This document shows positions 47,816 through 57,869 of a stretch of DNA of 64,000 nt, in pieces (position 1 is the first letter of the stretch; the number at the start of each line of letters is the position of its first letter). This DNA comes from an uncultured Gammaproteobacteria bacterium. GTDB taxonomy: Bacteria > Patescibacteriota > Microgenomatia > CAYQLK01. Location of the stretch: assembly GCA_964404855.1 (NCBI GenBank), contig CAYOLO010000002.1, forward strand, positions 131,494 to 195,493, read 5' to 3'. The notes under the pieces are model-generated. The model saw only the letters and a list, made by a program, of their open reading frames with translations, searched no databases and was not told the DNA's origin. Position numbers and translations under genes: made by a program.

Positions 47816-49822
47816 TTATTTGGTAATAATTTGACTTGTAATTAGCTGGCGCTTGCTGCCGCCACCACTGGATGCTTCCAGTGAAGTGGTTACCCGATAC
47901 GCCGAGTGAGACTGTCCTTGGAAATAGTAGACGTATGGCTCTACCTCAACCACAGCCTTCTGTTTGCCGCCTTGAAAATCTGCATCCCTAAGCTCAAAAG
48001 CATTCTTAACGATACTGATCAGCTCTGGGTGGGCTAAATAAAAACCAATATCCAAACCATCACCGGTGGATGCAACTGAACCGCCAGGAACTACCCTGAC
48101 AACGGGCGAGACAAGAGCTTTGGTATTGGTACCAACGGATAACGGCGCAACGTAGTTACTGCCTAGTGAAGTGTTTTTGTGTGCAACAACTATTGGAGTG
48201 TCGAAGTGGTGTTCGAGCTGCTGAAGAAGAAGTGCCCAGCCATTACCGCCGAGTGTCAGCCCTTGTTCTTTGAGATCAGCTAGGAGTATATCCCCTTCAA
48301 GATCGAAGTGATTAATGTCTGGCTCGGACTCTTCGATAGGCCTAATTAGCTTGCGTGTCGCAATGTCCCACGGCCCGTTACCAAAAACTCCCCGTGCAAA
48401 ACCACTTTTTGCGCTGTCATCGAAATATGTTTCTGCAAGTCTCTGATGGAACTGATCATAGTGATTTTTACTGGCTTCAGTTACTAAGGCACCAAAATCG
48501 GTAATATCTGAAAGCTTAGCTTGGGTTGCAGCAAAAAGTTCGCTACTTGGCGTGTGAAAGATACCCAGTCTCTGGCATAGTTGTTTATTGAGGGCGTCGT
48601 AAAGCTGGGCGAATGTTGATGGGTTTGATTTTGAAAGGGTTTTGAGTTTGATTAAATAATCAGAAAAATCGGCTGAGTCAAACATTCGGTCTAATTCATC
48701 TAGATCGATATCTGAATTACTGTCCAAATTTTGAAGTTTGGCTTTGGTGTCAGGCAACTGTTCAGGTGGCATAAGACCAGTCGAAACCAGCGAAGGTATT
48801 AATACTCGTTCCAAGTATGACTTCACGGAGTGAGAATCGGGGTCGGTATCATAAAACGATACCCTTGTTGAGACTGTTCCATCCGGGTTTTTAAAGCTGG
48901 CAGCGACAGACAACATAATCGCTTCTACCGGGTTGGCAAAATCAGTTGTGCCGTAGTTGAAAACCGAGTGTTCGTCTAATTGCGATTTTTCGGCTAGAGT
49001 TAAGACAATAGGATCACCTTCTCGGTGTCCCAGAGCGGTCGCGACTCCAAGCACTGAGGACGGCAAAACATTATCGGGAATGCCGAAAATCGAGGCAATT
49101 TTGGGTTTTGGGACAGAATTTGCCTGTGCAGAATTAACTTTGACCGTTTTGGGTAATGGTGGGTGGAATTTGTCGTTGACGATTTTTGTGCGCTCCAGGT
49201 CATCGACCTGGTCTGCCATTGTTTGTAATATCTCAATGGCTTGTTTTGGATCCATGCCAGTAATCCGCTGATTGAAAAAACGAGTATCGAATATATCCTC
49301 GCCGAAAAATTCGGCAAACATTACCCAAACCCCGCTAACTACTAATCGATTGTGAATTAAGTCGAGCGTTTGGTTGAACTGCGCGGTTTGAGATCGATCA
49401 ACAAATATTTGGGGGTTAAGTGAGATAGACTCAGATAAGTGAATTGCCGTCTTGGGTAATATCTGCTCATTGAGCACAACCTTATCAGGATGCTCTAGCC
49501 GCGCAATGGTTACCTGAACAAGGTGATCAAAATTCTTAACCATTTTGCGTAATTCCTGAACTCTTAGCTGATCTGAGGTTGAAACATCAACCTGATTAGC
49601 TTTGGCAAGGCCAGCAATTCTGGATAGTTCAGTCCCAGGAATGAAGTTGACCGTGAATTTGGCTTGATTTGGTTTTGGGTGCTTACTTGCTTCAAGGCTT
49701 ACAAAATGTGAAGCCGAGTTAAAAACCTGTGTAAGCTCAATCGGCGGGAGTTCTGAAATATCTTTTAGCGGGTTAGCAAGTTCAGGACTGGTATTTGGTA
49801 TGGTTGGTCTTTCTTTAGTCAT
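47816..49822 (-). CDS. large hypothetical protein (668 aa), no recognisable domain
   Basis: Long uninterrupted ORF at ~47% GC with no TM and no signature motifs. Confidence 0.55.
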   Translation of the reverse strand: MTKERPTIPNTSPELANPLKDISELPPIELTQVFNSASHFVSLEASKHPKPNQAKFTVNFIPGTELSRIAGLAKANQVDVSTSDQLRVQELRKMVKNFDHLVQVTIARLEHPDKVVLNEQILPKTAIHLSESISLNPQIFVDRSQTAQFNQTLDLIHNRLVVSGVWVMFAEFFGEDIFDTRFFNQRITGMDPKQAIEILQTMADQVDDLERTKIVNDKFHPPLPKTVKVNSAQANSVPKPKIASIFGIPDNVLPSSVLGVATALGHREGDPIVLTLAEKSQLDEHSVFNYGTTDFANPVEAIMLSVAASFKNPDGTVSTRVSFYDTDPDSHSVKSYLERVLIPSLVSTGLMPPEQLPDTKAKLQNLDSNSDIDLDELDRMFDSADFSDYLIKLKTLSKSNPSTFAQLYDALNKQLCQRLGIFHTPSSELFAATQAKLSDITDFGALVTEASKNHYDQFHQRLAETYFDDSAKSGFARGVFGNGPWDIATRKLIRPIEESEPDINHFDLEGDILLADLKEQGLTLGGNGWALLLQQLEHHFDTPIVVAHKNTSLGSNYVAPLSVGTNTKALVSPVVRVVPGGSVASTGDGLDIGFYLAHPELISIVKNAFELRDADFQGGKQKAVVEVEPYVYYFQGQSHSAYRVTTSLEASSGGGSKRQLITSQIITK

Positions 49823-49844
49823 ATTTTGGCTATAAAAAAACCTC

Positions 49845-49915
49845 CCGGTGTGGGAGGTTGTTTGGCTTTTATTTAAAGCTGTGGCTCTTTAGATAAGAGA
49901 CCTCCCACATGAAGA
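49845..49915 (-). promoter_or_regulatory. terminator/antiterminator-like leader upstream of the 668-aa gene
   Basis: Minus-strand 5'-tgtgggagg...(40 nt)...cctcccacacc-gggagg-ttttttt. The central cctcccaca can pair either with upstream tgtgggagg or with downstream gggagg, which is the terminator followed by T7. Confidence 0.4.
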
Positions 49916-50033
49916 AATGCGCAAAAAGCGCATCCAGGTCTGGTGGAGATAAATACAGTTAGAATTCAAATTTTGTACAGATAGAATATCCATAGTTGAA
50001 GTAGATAATACGATTGGGATAATGATTTGTCAA

Positions 50034-50354
50034 TTAATTACTAAAGTCTGTTTGAGTGTCTTGACCATCTTGAATTAATTCCTGATATTTTTCTTGATTT
50101 TTCATTCTGGCCTCTTCAGCTCTTTCCAGCTGTGCCTGGGGATTAACAGAAACGAAAATGGCGGCGGCAAATATCAAAAACCAAATCAGAACAAAAAAGG
50201 CAAAAATTCCGGTAACGAGGAATTTGACCCATTTGGGCCAAGCGGTCCAAATCCACATCAGTACAAAACCTGCAGGAAAGGCAAAAACCAATAACAAAAC
50301 TGTTACAAGTGTTTTGGTGTCACTGGACATTCCTTCAGACTTAGTGTTTACCAT
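50034..50354 (-). CDS. small two-TM membrane protein, hypothetical
   Basis: TVLLLVFAFPAGFVLMWIW and FLVTGIFAFFVLIWFLIFAAAIFV, with a Gln/Glu-rich C-terminus. Confidence 0.45.
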   Translation of the reverse strand: MVNTKSEGMSSDTKTLVTVLLLVFAFPAGFVLMWIWTAWPKWVKFLVTGIFAFFVLIWFLIFAAAIFVSVNPQAQLERAEEARMKNQEKYQELIQDGQDTQTDFSN

Positions 50355-50396
50355 ATGTTTTCATTGTGACTATTTTGGATGATTTTTGCAAAAAAA

Positions 50397-50420
50397 GCCC
50401 CCGGGGGTTAGCCGAGGGCG
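50397..50420 (-). terminator. family terminator variant GCCCCCGG-GGGTTAG-CCGAGGGC
   Basis: Downstream of the stop at 50448. Same arm sequence as the variant at 44152. Confidence 0.5.
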
Positions 50421-50447
50421 AATAAAGGGTGGTGGCAAAAGCTGTGG

Positions 50448-50993
50448 CTAGTTGCCCAGCCAGCTGCCGTGTGTGCCGATGATCTGCGTACCGTCGCGGA
50501 ACACGACCATGTCGTGGCTCGCACTAAAAATCCGCTTGCGCTGATCCTTGACTTCCAGCTTGAGGACCCAGCCGTTGAAGGACTGGGCCTGGACGTAGAC
50601 TCGGACCTGGCCGATCGGATTGGTCCTGATGTACTTCAGCCGATTGTTGATGATCTTGGTCGCGTCGAAGTTGACGACTTGGGCGCTGGCCAGGGTCATT
50701 TTTTCGAGGCTTGCAAGAAGAGTCTCCTCTGCAACGTTGGCATTGTCTACCTTAGCCATCTCCTCGCGGAATTTGGCAATGGCAAGCTCAAGCGGTTGGT
50801 CTTGGAGGTCAATGGCGAGGGTGGAGAAGATCGTCAGGACGACTGTCCTGTCTGCGTACGCGGCTTCAACAAGCCGAGTCAGCGTCCTCACACCGTGAGT
50901 ACGTCCGACGACCTCAAACATATACGGAAGCTGAAGTCCGTATGGAATGAGATCTTCGACCGAAGGGTATATTGTCCTTTTTTTGCGGGGCAA
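50448..50993 (-). CDS. GC-rich hypothetical protein (181 aa) directly downstream of fusA
   Basis: About 57% GC. TTG start with AGGAAG RBS. No recognisable motif. The + strand ORFs 50469..51029 and 50620..50898 are antisense artefacts. Confidence 0.5.
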   Translation of the reverse strand: MPRKKRTIYPSVEDLIPYGLQLPYMFEVVGRTHGVRTLTRLVEAAYADRTVVLTIFSTLAIDLQDQPLELAIAKFREEMAKVDNANVAEETLLASLEKMTLASAQVVNFDATKIINNRLKYIRTNPIGQVRVYVQAQSFNGWVLKLEVKDQRKRIFSASHDMVVFRDGTQIIGTHGSWLGN

Positions 50994-51028
50994 ACTTCAC
51001 TTCCTTTTTCAGGTGCGATTTACAGCTA

Positions 51029-51057
51029 ATTATAACCTATAATAATGTAAATTGCAA
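51029..51057 (-). promoter_or_regulatory. sigma70-type promoter for the 50448..50993 unit (TTGCAA-17-TATAAT)
   Basis: + strand attata at 51029-51034 and ttgcaa at 51052-51057. Sits between the fusA stop and the GC-rich ORF. Confidence 0.45.
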
Positions 51058-51072
51058 TTATGTAGGAGGAGG

Positions 51073-53193
51073 TTAAACTGACTGACCTTTGGATTTGGCG
51101 ACGATGGTGGCAGCGATATTGCTAGGCACGACATCATAATGACTGGGAAGAAGAACTGATGTCCCGCGACCCTGAGTCATCGAACGAAGATTGGTTGTGT
51201 AGCCAAACATCTCTGATAATGGAACGAGTGCTCGAATAATTGTGGCATTACCGCGGCTTTCGGAACCTTGGATCTGTGCTCTTTTGCTGGAAAGATCGCC
51301 CATAATGTCACCCATAAATTCGTCAGGGACGGTGACTTCGACGTTCATAATAGGCTCAAGCAGAACCATATCTGCATGTTTGGCCGCGTCTTCGATAGCC
51401 ATACTGCCCGCAATTTTGAAAGCCATTTCGGACGAGTCGACATCATGGAAAGAGCCGTCATAAACAGTGACCTTCATGTCAACCACGGGGTAGCCGGCTA
51501 AAATACCTGAGGCCATTTTTTCGGTAACACCTTTGTTGATTGGAGTAATAAATTCCTGAGGAATTGCCCCGCCTTTGATTTCACTTGCCCAAATATAACC
51601 TTCTCCGCGACCAAGCGGTTCGACACGCAACAGACAGTGACCATATTGACCACGACCTCCAGATTGACGAATATATTTACCCTCTCCGTTTGCCTGCTTG
51701 GTGATTGTTTCTCTGTAGGCAACCTGGGGTTGACCAACATTAGCCTCGACTTTGAATTCGCGCTTCATACGATCAGCAAGAATCTCAAGGTGAAGTTCTC
51801 CCATTCCGGAAATGATGGTCTGTCCGGTCTCGTGATCGGTTTTGATCCTGAATGTCGGGTCCTCTTCGGAGAGTTTGGAGAGAGCCAGACCCATTTTTTC
51901 CTGATCGGCTTTGGTTTTTGGCTCGATCGCTAAATCGATAACCGGCTCTGGGAAGGTAATACTTTCAAGGACGATGGGCTTGGTTTCTTCAGCAAGAGTG
52001 TCTCCGGTAATTGTCTTTTGCAAACCAATAACGGCAACGATTTCTCCAGCAAAGGCTTCTTTGATCTCTTCGCGCTTGTCAGCATGCATTAACAGTAATC
52101 GTCCGGCACGCTCTTTTTCTCCTTTGGTTGTGTTGGTGATATACGAGCCAGAAGATAATGTGCCGGAATAGACACGGACAAAAGTTAATTTACCAACGTG
52201 GGGATCGACTTGGATTTTGAATGCAAGACCACAGAATGGTTCTTCGGGGGTATTCTTACGAACTTCTGGTTCGCCTGTTTTGGGATTAGTTCCGTGTGTT
52301 TCGCCAACATCCTGAGGAGAAGGAAGGAATTGTACAACTGCATCAAGCAAGGGTTGGACGCCTTTGTTGCGCAAACTGGAACCGGCAAGTACCGGAACAA
52401 TCTGATAATTGATAACGGCTTTTCTGAGTGCGGTATAAAGCTCATCGAGCGTGGGCTCCTGACCATTAAGGAATTTTTCGATCAGGTTATCGTCGGTTTC
52501 GGAGATCTTCTCGATTAAAATCGCGCGATATTTTTCGACTTCAGCTTTGTGTTCTTCGGTTACGTCCGAAAGAGTGTATTTAGCACCTGTTTCGTCAGTT
52601 TCCCAAATATATTCTTTGCGTGTAAGCAGGTCGATAACACCCTTAAAGTCGTTTTCGGAACCGATAGGAATATTATATGCTACTGCCGGAGCAGCAAGCC
52701 GATCCTTGATCGATTGAAGAGTTGCGTGAAAGTCTGCACCAAGTTTGTCCATTTTGTTAACAAAACAAACTCTAGGAACTTTGTATTTGTCTGCTTGACG
52801 CCAAACGGTTTCTGATTGTGACTGAACACCTTCTTCGGCATCCAGAACTGTAACACCGCCGTCCAAAACACGCAGGGCGCGCTCAACCTCGGCAGTGAAA
52901 TCGACATGACCCGGAGTGTCGATAATATTGATTCGGTGTTCAATTCCTTCAAAAAGATTGCCTGTGGGTGTCCAAAATGTAGTCGTCGCAGCTGAGGTGA
53001 TGGTGATGCCACGCTCCTTTTCCTGCTCCATCCAGTCCATTGTGGCTGCACCTTCGTGAACTTCACCAATTTTGTAACTTTTGCCTGTGTAATAGAGAAT
53101 TCTTTCTGAAGTTGTAGTTTTGCCTGCGTCGATATGGGCAATGATTCCGATGTTTCTAATTCTGTCGAGTGGGTAGGAACGTGTGTCAGCCAT
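51073..53193 (-). CDS. fusA: elongation factor G
   Basis: [21 protein letters not shown]. 706 aa. Confidence 0.95.
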   Translation of the reverse strand: MADTRSYPLDRIRNIGIIAHIDAGKTTTSERILYYTGKSYKIGEVHEGAATMDWMEQEKERGITITSAATTTFWTPTGNLFEGIEHRINIIDTPGHVDFTAEVERALRVLDGGVTVLDAEEGVQSQSETVWRQADKYKVPRVCFVNKMDKLGADFHATLQSIKDRLAAPAVAYNIPIGSENDFKGVIDLLTRKEYIWETDETGAKYTLSDVTEEHKAEVEKYRAILIEKISETDDNLIEKFLNGQEPTLDELYTALRKAVINYQIVPVLAGSSLRNKGVQPLLDAVVQFLPSPQDVGETHGTNPKTGEPEVRKNTPEEPFCGLAFKIQVDPHVGKLTFVRVYSGTLSSGSYITNTTKGEKERAGRLLLMHADKREEIKEAFAGEIVAVIGLQKTITGDTLAEETKPIVLESITFPEPVIDLAIEPKTKADQEKMGLALSKLSEEDPTFRIKTDHETGQTIISGMGELHLEILADRMKREFKVEANVGQPQVAYRETITKQANGEGKYIRQSGGRGQYGHCLLRVEPLGRGEGYIWASEIKGGAIPQEFITPINKGVTEKMASGILAGYPVVDMKVTVYDGSFHDVDSSEMAFKIAGSMAIEDAAKHADMVLLEPIMNVEVTVPDEFMGDIMGDLSSKRAQIQGSESRGNATIIRALVPLSEMFGYTTNLRSMTQGRGTSVLLPSHYDVVPSNIAATIVAKSKGQSV

Positions 53194-53199
53194 AGTTGA

Positions 53200-53679
53200 T
53201 TACCACCTAAAGTGTGCGAAGGCTTTGTTAGCTTCGGCCATTCTAATCGTGTCTTCTCGTTTCTTAATCGCTGCACCAATATTGTTACTGGCATCGATAA
53301 GCTCAGCGACTAATTTGTCTTTCATAGTGTGGTATTCACGCGATGGACGGTCATGGGCTGCTTTGATGATCCAGCGGATAGCCAGAGCCTCTTTGCGGTC
53401 ACCGCGAACTTCGACCGGAACCTGATAGTTGGCACCACCGACACGACGGGGACGAACTTCAACGCGCGGAGCGACATTATTAATAGCGGTTTCAAAAACA
53501 TCCAAAGCGTCTTTTTTGGTTTTGGCAGCAATTTCGTCAAAGGCGGAATAAACGATTTTTTGTGCGATTGTTTTTTTACCGGATTCCATTACACGGTTAA
53601 TAAAACGGGTAACAACCAGTGAATTGTAGATCGGGTCCGGTTCAATTGTTCGTTTAGCAATAGCTTTGTTTCTTGACAT
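53200..53679 (-). CDS. rpsG: 30S ribosomal protein S7
   Basis: Position between rpsL and fusA, plus [28 protein letters not shown]. Confidence 0.9.
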   Translation of the reverse strand: MSRNKAIAKRTIEPDPIYNSLVVTRFINRVMESGKKTIAQKIVYSAFDEIAAKTKKDALDVFETAINNVAPRVEVRPRRVGGANYQVPVEVRGDRKEALAIRWIIKAAHDRPSREYHTMKDKLVAELIDASNNIGAAIKKREDTIRMAEANKAFAHFRW

Positions 53680-53688
53680 AAAATATTT

Positions 53689-54135
53689 TTAGATTCCTTT
53701 AGCAGCAGCCTCTGCGGCGCTGGTAGCTCCGCCTTTTTTGGTTCCATATAGAGAGCGAGCTTTTTTGCGATTAACAACACCGGTAGCGTCGAGTTTGCCG
53801 CGAATGATGTGATATTTGACACCTGGCAAGTCTTTAACACGACCCCCGCGTACCATAACGACTGAGTGCTCAGCCAGCTGGTGACCAATACCCGGAATAT
53901 AAGCCGTAACTTCTTGCTTGTTACTCAATCTGACACGGGCAACCTTGCGAAGTGCTGAGTTAGGTTTTTTCGGGGTCATTGTTTTGACCACGGTACAGAC
54001 ACCTCTCTTTTGCGGAGCCGTGCCGGTTGTCGGACGGTTAATGAGCGAGTTAAAACTCTTACGCAAAACCGTGGCTTTGATTTTTTTTGGCTTGGATTTA
54101 CGTCCGTGCCTGATAAGTTGCTGTACTGTTGGCAT
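53689..54135 (-). CDS. rpsL: 30S ribosomal protein S12 (C-terminally extended)
   Basis: [13 protein letters not shown]...[16 protein letters not shown]. Confidence 0.9.
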   Translation of the reverse strand: MPTVQQLIRHGRKSKPKKIKATVLRKSFNSLINRPTTGTAPQKRGVCTVVKTMTPKKPNSALRKVARVRLSNKQEVTAYIPGIGHQLAEHSVVMVRGGRVKDLPGVKYHIIRGKLDATGVVNRKKARSLYGTKKGGATSAAEAAAKGI

Positions 54136-54170
54136 ATTTTTTTATTGCCGCGGGATTATACCTAAGCTTT

Positions 54171-57100
54171 TTAAGCTGCGTCAACCTCACCTTCTGCGGG
54201 AATGTTGTCGACGATAGCGCGATCGACTGAAGTTGGAATCAGGCGTCCAATAATTACGTTTTCCTTCATACCTAATAATGGATCAACTTTACCTTCAGAA
54301 GCAGCCTGTGTTAGGACATTGGTAGTTTCCTGGAACGAAGCGGCTGACAAGAAGCTTTCTGTGTAAAGAGAAGCTCTGGTGATACCTAAAATTACCAACT
54401 CTGCGGTAGCAGGCTCACCGCCTTCGGCGATTGTTTTGGCATTTTCGTACTCATATACATGCTTAGCAATGTGTTCGCCAGGCAGGAATTTGGTGTCACC
54501 TGAGGAGGTAATTTTGACTTTCTCACTCATCTTGCGAATGATGACTTCGAAGTGCTTGTCGTCGATAGGTACACCTTGGGCCTCATAAACACTCTGCGCT
54601 TCGTCGGCGATGTATTTTTGAGCTTCACGCAAACCTTTGACTCTTAGAATTTCTTTAACGTCAAGATGACCTTTTGAAAGCGGTTCTCCGGCTTTTATAG
54701 TGTCGCCGGTAGTGATATTAAGATCTTCAGTCAAAGGCAAGAGGTACTGTTTTTCGGTGACGGGTTTTTCGGAACCTTTGATCGTGATAACAAAACCCTC
54801 AGCAGTCTCATCAACTGTGACCTTACCGGTTATTTCAGCAATCGGCGCGGAAACTTTGGGTGTTCGGGCCTCAAGCAGTTCTTCAACACGCGGTAGACCT
54901 TGGGTAATATCGGTTCCAACAATACCTCCGGTGTGGAAGGTTCTCATTGTCAGCTGTGTTCCCGGCTCACCAATACTTTGAGCGGCGATGACACCAACCG
55001 GCGTACCGATCTCAACTAGTTTGCGGGTTGAAGTGTCCCGACCGTAACAAAGTGCACAAAGTCCAATCGTAGCTTCACAAGTCAACGGCGAGCGGACGAT
55101 AATTTCATCAGCTGAGTCGGCGACTTTTTTGGCGGTAGTGAGATCGAGAAGGTCTCCGGCTTTTGCCACACCTTTGACGTCTTTAGCAAGAACCATACCA
55201 ATAATTCGATTCTCAAAAGCTGCACGGCGAGCCGGATCGGTTTTGAAAACAGTTATACCTTCCTTGGTACCACAGTCAAGCTGACGAATGATTACGTCGT
55301 GAGAAACATCAACCAAACGTCGAGTTAGATATCCTGACTCAGCTGTACGCAGAGCACGGTCTGCCAGACCTTTTCTGGCACCACGACTCGAGGTGAAGTA
55401 CTCAAAGACACTTAACCCCTGGCGGAAATTACTCTTGGTTGGAAGAGGAACAATCTTACCGGAAGGGTCTTGAACCAAACCTTTCATACCCGAAAGCTGT
55501 TTAATTTGGTCTGAAGATGCACGACTTCCACCTGAATCAGAAATCATTTTGACCGAGTTGTCGTTTTTGATCGCCGCCCAGGTCTTCTGGTACACGACAT
55601 CGGTTGTTTCTGTCCAGATGTCGTTGGTTAGGCGACGCTTTTCTGCTTCGGTGATCAGACCGTCGTCGAATTTCTTTTCGATTTCGTCAACGCGCTTATC
55701 TGCTTCAGCGATAATTTCGTCCTTTTCGGGCACGATCTCATTATCAAAAACAGAGACAGACAGACCGGAGACCGTAGCGAACCTGAATCCGATATTTTTG
55801 ACGTTGTCGATTAGTTTAAGCAGTTCTTCTTCTGTCAGGTTCTCAAGATGAGCACTGATTGTGGATTTAATTGTCGAGTTGCGGAAAGTCTCGTTAAGGA
55901 ATGGAATTTTGTCTGGCAACATGCGGTTGAAATTGATTCGACCGACAGTAGTCTCTACAACCTTGTCCTCCATTCTAACTTTGATTGGCTGACGCATGCC
56001 GATTTTGCCGTTCTGCCAAGCAAAAATCGCCTCTTCAGAGTCAACAAAAATCGTGTCAACCGGCTGAGCATCTTCATCGATCGAAGTGATGTAGTAAGCT
56101 CCAAGTGCCATTTCCTTGTTGGGGATCGTGATTGGAGTACCATCAGCTGGACGAAGAATATTCTGTGAAGCCATCATCAAACGACGCGCTTCAGCTTGTG
56201 CGTCGCTAGATAGCGGAACGTGGACTGCCATTTGGTCTCCGTCAAAGTCAGCGTTAAATCCTGCACAGATACAAGGGTGAATTCTAATTGCGTCACCTTC
56301 GATTAGTACCGGATAGAAGGCTTGAATACCAAGCTTGTGAAGAGTTGGAGCACGGTTAATCAAAACCGGGTGTTCACGGGTAATTTCTTCAAGAATATCC
56401 CAAACTTCGGGCGGTCTTTTCTCAAGTACGTGTTTTGCGCTCTTAACGTTAGGAGCCAGCCCAAGACCGATGAGGTCGCGAAGAACGAAAGGTTTGAACA
56501 TTTCAAGAGCCATTTCCTTGGGGATACCCACCTGGTCAAGATCGAGTTCCGGACCAACAACGATAACCGATCGTCCAGAGTAGTCAACACGCTTACCTAG
56601 AAGATTCTGACGGAATCTTCCCTGCTTACCGCGTAACATGTCAGAGAGGGAACGTAGCTCAGCCTGAGTTGTGCGAGTAGTGGTTGAACGGGAATTAGTA
56701 TCAATGAGAGCGTCAACTGCTTCCTGCAACATACGCTTTTCGTTGCGAAGAATGATTTCCGGTGCACCGAGGTCAATTAGTTTTTTGAGACGATTATTGC
56801 GGTTGATCACGCGACGGTATAGATCGTTAAGGTCACTTGTTGCAAAACGTCCACCGGATAGCTGGACCATCGGACGAAGATCGGGCGGAAGAACCGGAAG
56901 GACAGTAAGAACCATCCAAGTCGGGTCGATATCTGCCTTGCGCATACCTTCGGCAACTCTTAAACGCTTAGCGGCTTTGATATGTTTGATACCGGAGACT
57001 TCAGTAAGCTCTTTTCTTAGATCAGTAACAAGTGCGTCAAGATCGATGTTTTCAAGAATAGTCTTAATGGCTTCTGAACCCATTCCGACTTTGAGGAATG

Positions 57101-57869
57101 ATGCGACACCGAGATAATCGAGTGTTAAGTAGTCTTCCTCGGAAAGCAGGTTGAGGGGCTTGACTGAGGACATTAATTTCTCGAGCTTTTTGTACTTTTC
57201 TTCGATTTTGGCGAGTTCAATGCTGTGTGCATCACGAAGCAAAGCAATTTTGTGACGAGAAGCTAATTCCATCTCTTCGACTTTGAGGTCGAGATTGCTT
57301 TTTTCTTTAGTTTTTTTGACTTCTTTTACCTCTGCTTCGGATTCTTTTTTGACTGCACCGATTTGTTCTTCAAGAACCTTGACAGCCGAAGCGATTTCTT
57401 TTTCCTGAAGAGTTTTGAGTTTTTCTATGTCTTCTTTGCGCTTCTCAGGATCAAGGGAAATAACAATATAACTAGCAAAATAAATGACTGCATCAAGACT
57501 GCGCGGAGAAATATCCAGTAGTAAGCCGAGTTTGCTGGGCGCACCACGGAAGAACCAACTGTGAACGACAGGAGCTGAAAGAGACAAGTGCCCCATTCTT
57601 TCGCGGCGGACGCGTGCCTGAGTTACTTCAACGCCACATTTTTCACAAATAATACCGCGGAATCTGATCCTCTTGTATTTACCACAGTAACATTCCCAGT
57701 CTTTGACTGGTCCAAAAATACGCTCATCAAAAAGACCATCCTTCTCTGGTTTGAGGGTACGATAGTTGATGGTTTCCGGTTTGGTAATCTCTCCATGAGA
57801 CCATTCTTTGATATTTTCCGGTGAAGCTAGAGTGATTTTTAGTGCTTTGAAATCAAGCAGGGCTTTCAT
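54171..57869 (-). CDS. rpoC: DNA-directed RNA polymerase subunit beta'
   Basis: Zn finger CYCGKYKRIRFRGIICEKCGVEV and NADFDGDQMAVH catalytic motif. Confidence 0.95.
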   Translation of the reverse strand: MKALLDFKALKITLASPENIKEWSHGEITKPETINYRTLKPEKDGLFDERIFGPVKDWECYCGKYKRIRFRGIICEKCGVEVTQARVRRERMGHLSLSAPVVHSWFFRGAPSKLGLLLDISPRSLDAVIYFASYIVISLDPEKRKEDIEKLKTLQEKEIASAVKVLEEQIGAVKKESEAEVKEVKKTKEKSNLDLKVEEMELASRHKIALLRDAHSIELAKIEEKYKKLEKLMSSVKPLNLLSEEDYLTLDYLGVASFLKVGMGSEAIKTILENIDLDALVTDLRKELTEVSGIKHIKAAKRLRVAEGMRKADIDPTWMVLTVLPVLPPDLRPMVQLSGGRFATSDLNDLYRRVINRNNRLKKLIDLGAPEIILRNEKRMLQEAVDALIDTNSRSTTTRTTQAELRSLSDMLRGKQGRFRQNLLGKRVDYSGRSVIVVGPELDLDQVGIPKEMALEMFKPFVLRDLIGLGLAPNVKSAKHVLEKRPPEVWDILEEITREHPVLINRAPTLHKLGIQAFYPVLIEGDAIRIHPCICAGFNADFDGDQMAVHVPLSSDAQAEARRLMMASQNILRPADGTPITIPNKEMALGAYYITSIDEDAQPVDTIFVDSEEAIFAWQNGKIGMRQPIKVRMEDKVVETTVGRINFNRMLPDKIPFLNETFRNSTIKSTISAHLENLTEEELLKLIDNVKNIGFRFATVSGLSVSVFDNEIVPEKDEIIAEADKRVDEIEKKFDDGLITEAEKRRLTNDIWTETTDVVYQKTWAAIKNDNSVKMISDSGGSRASSDQIKQLSGMKGLVQDPSGKIVPLPTKSNFRQGLSVFEYFTSSRGARKGLADRALRTAESGYLTRRLVDVSHDVIIRQLDCGTKEGITVFKTDPARRAAFENRIIGMVLAKDVKGVAKAGDLLDLTTAKKVADSADEIIVRSPLTCEATIGLCALCYGRDTSTRKLVEIGTPVGVIAAQSIGEPGTQLTMRTFHTGGIVGTDITQGLPRVEELLEARTPKVSAPIAEITGKVTVDETAEGFVITIKGSEKPVTEKQYLLPLTEDLNITTGDTIKAGEPLSKGHLDVKEILRVKGLREAQKYIADEAQSVYEAQGVPIDDKHFEVIIRKMSEKVKITSSGDTKFLPGEHIAKHVYEYENAKTIAEGGEPATAELVILGITRASLYTESFLSAASFQETTNVLTQAASEGKVDPLLGMKENVIIGRLIPTSVDRAIVDNIPAEGEVDAA

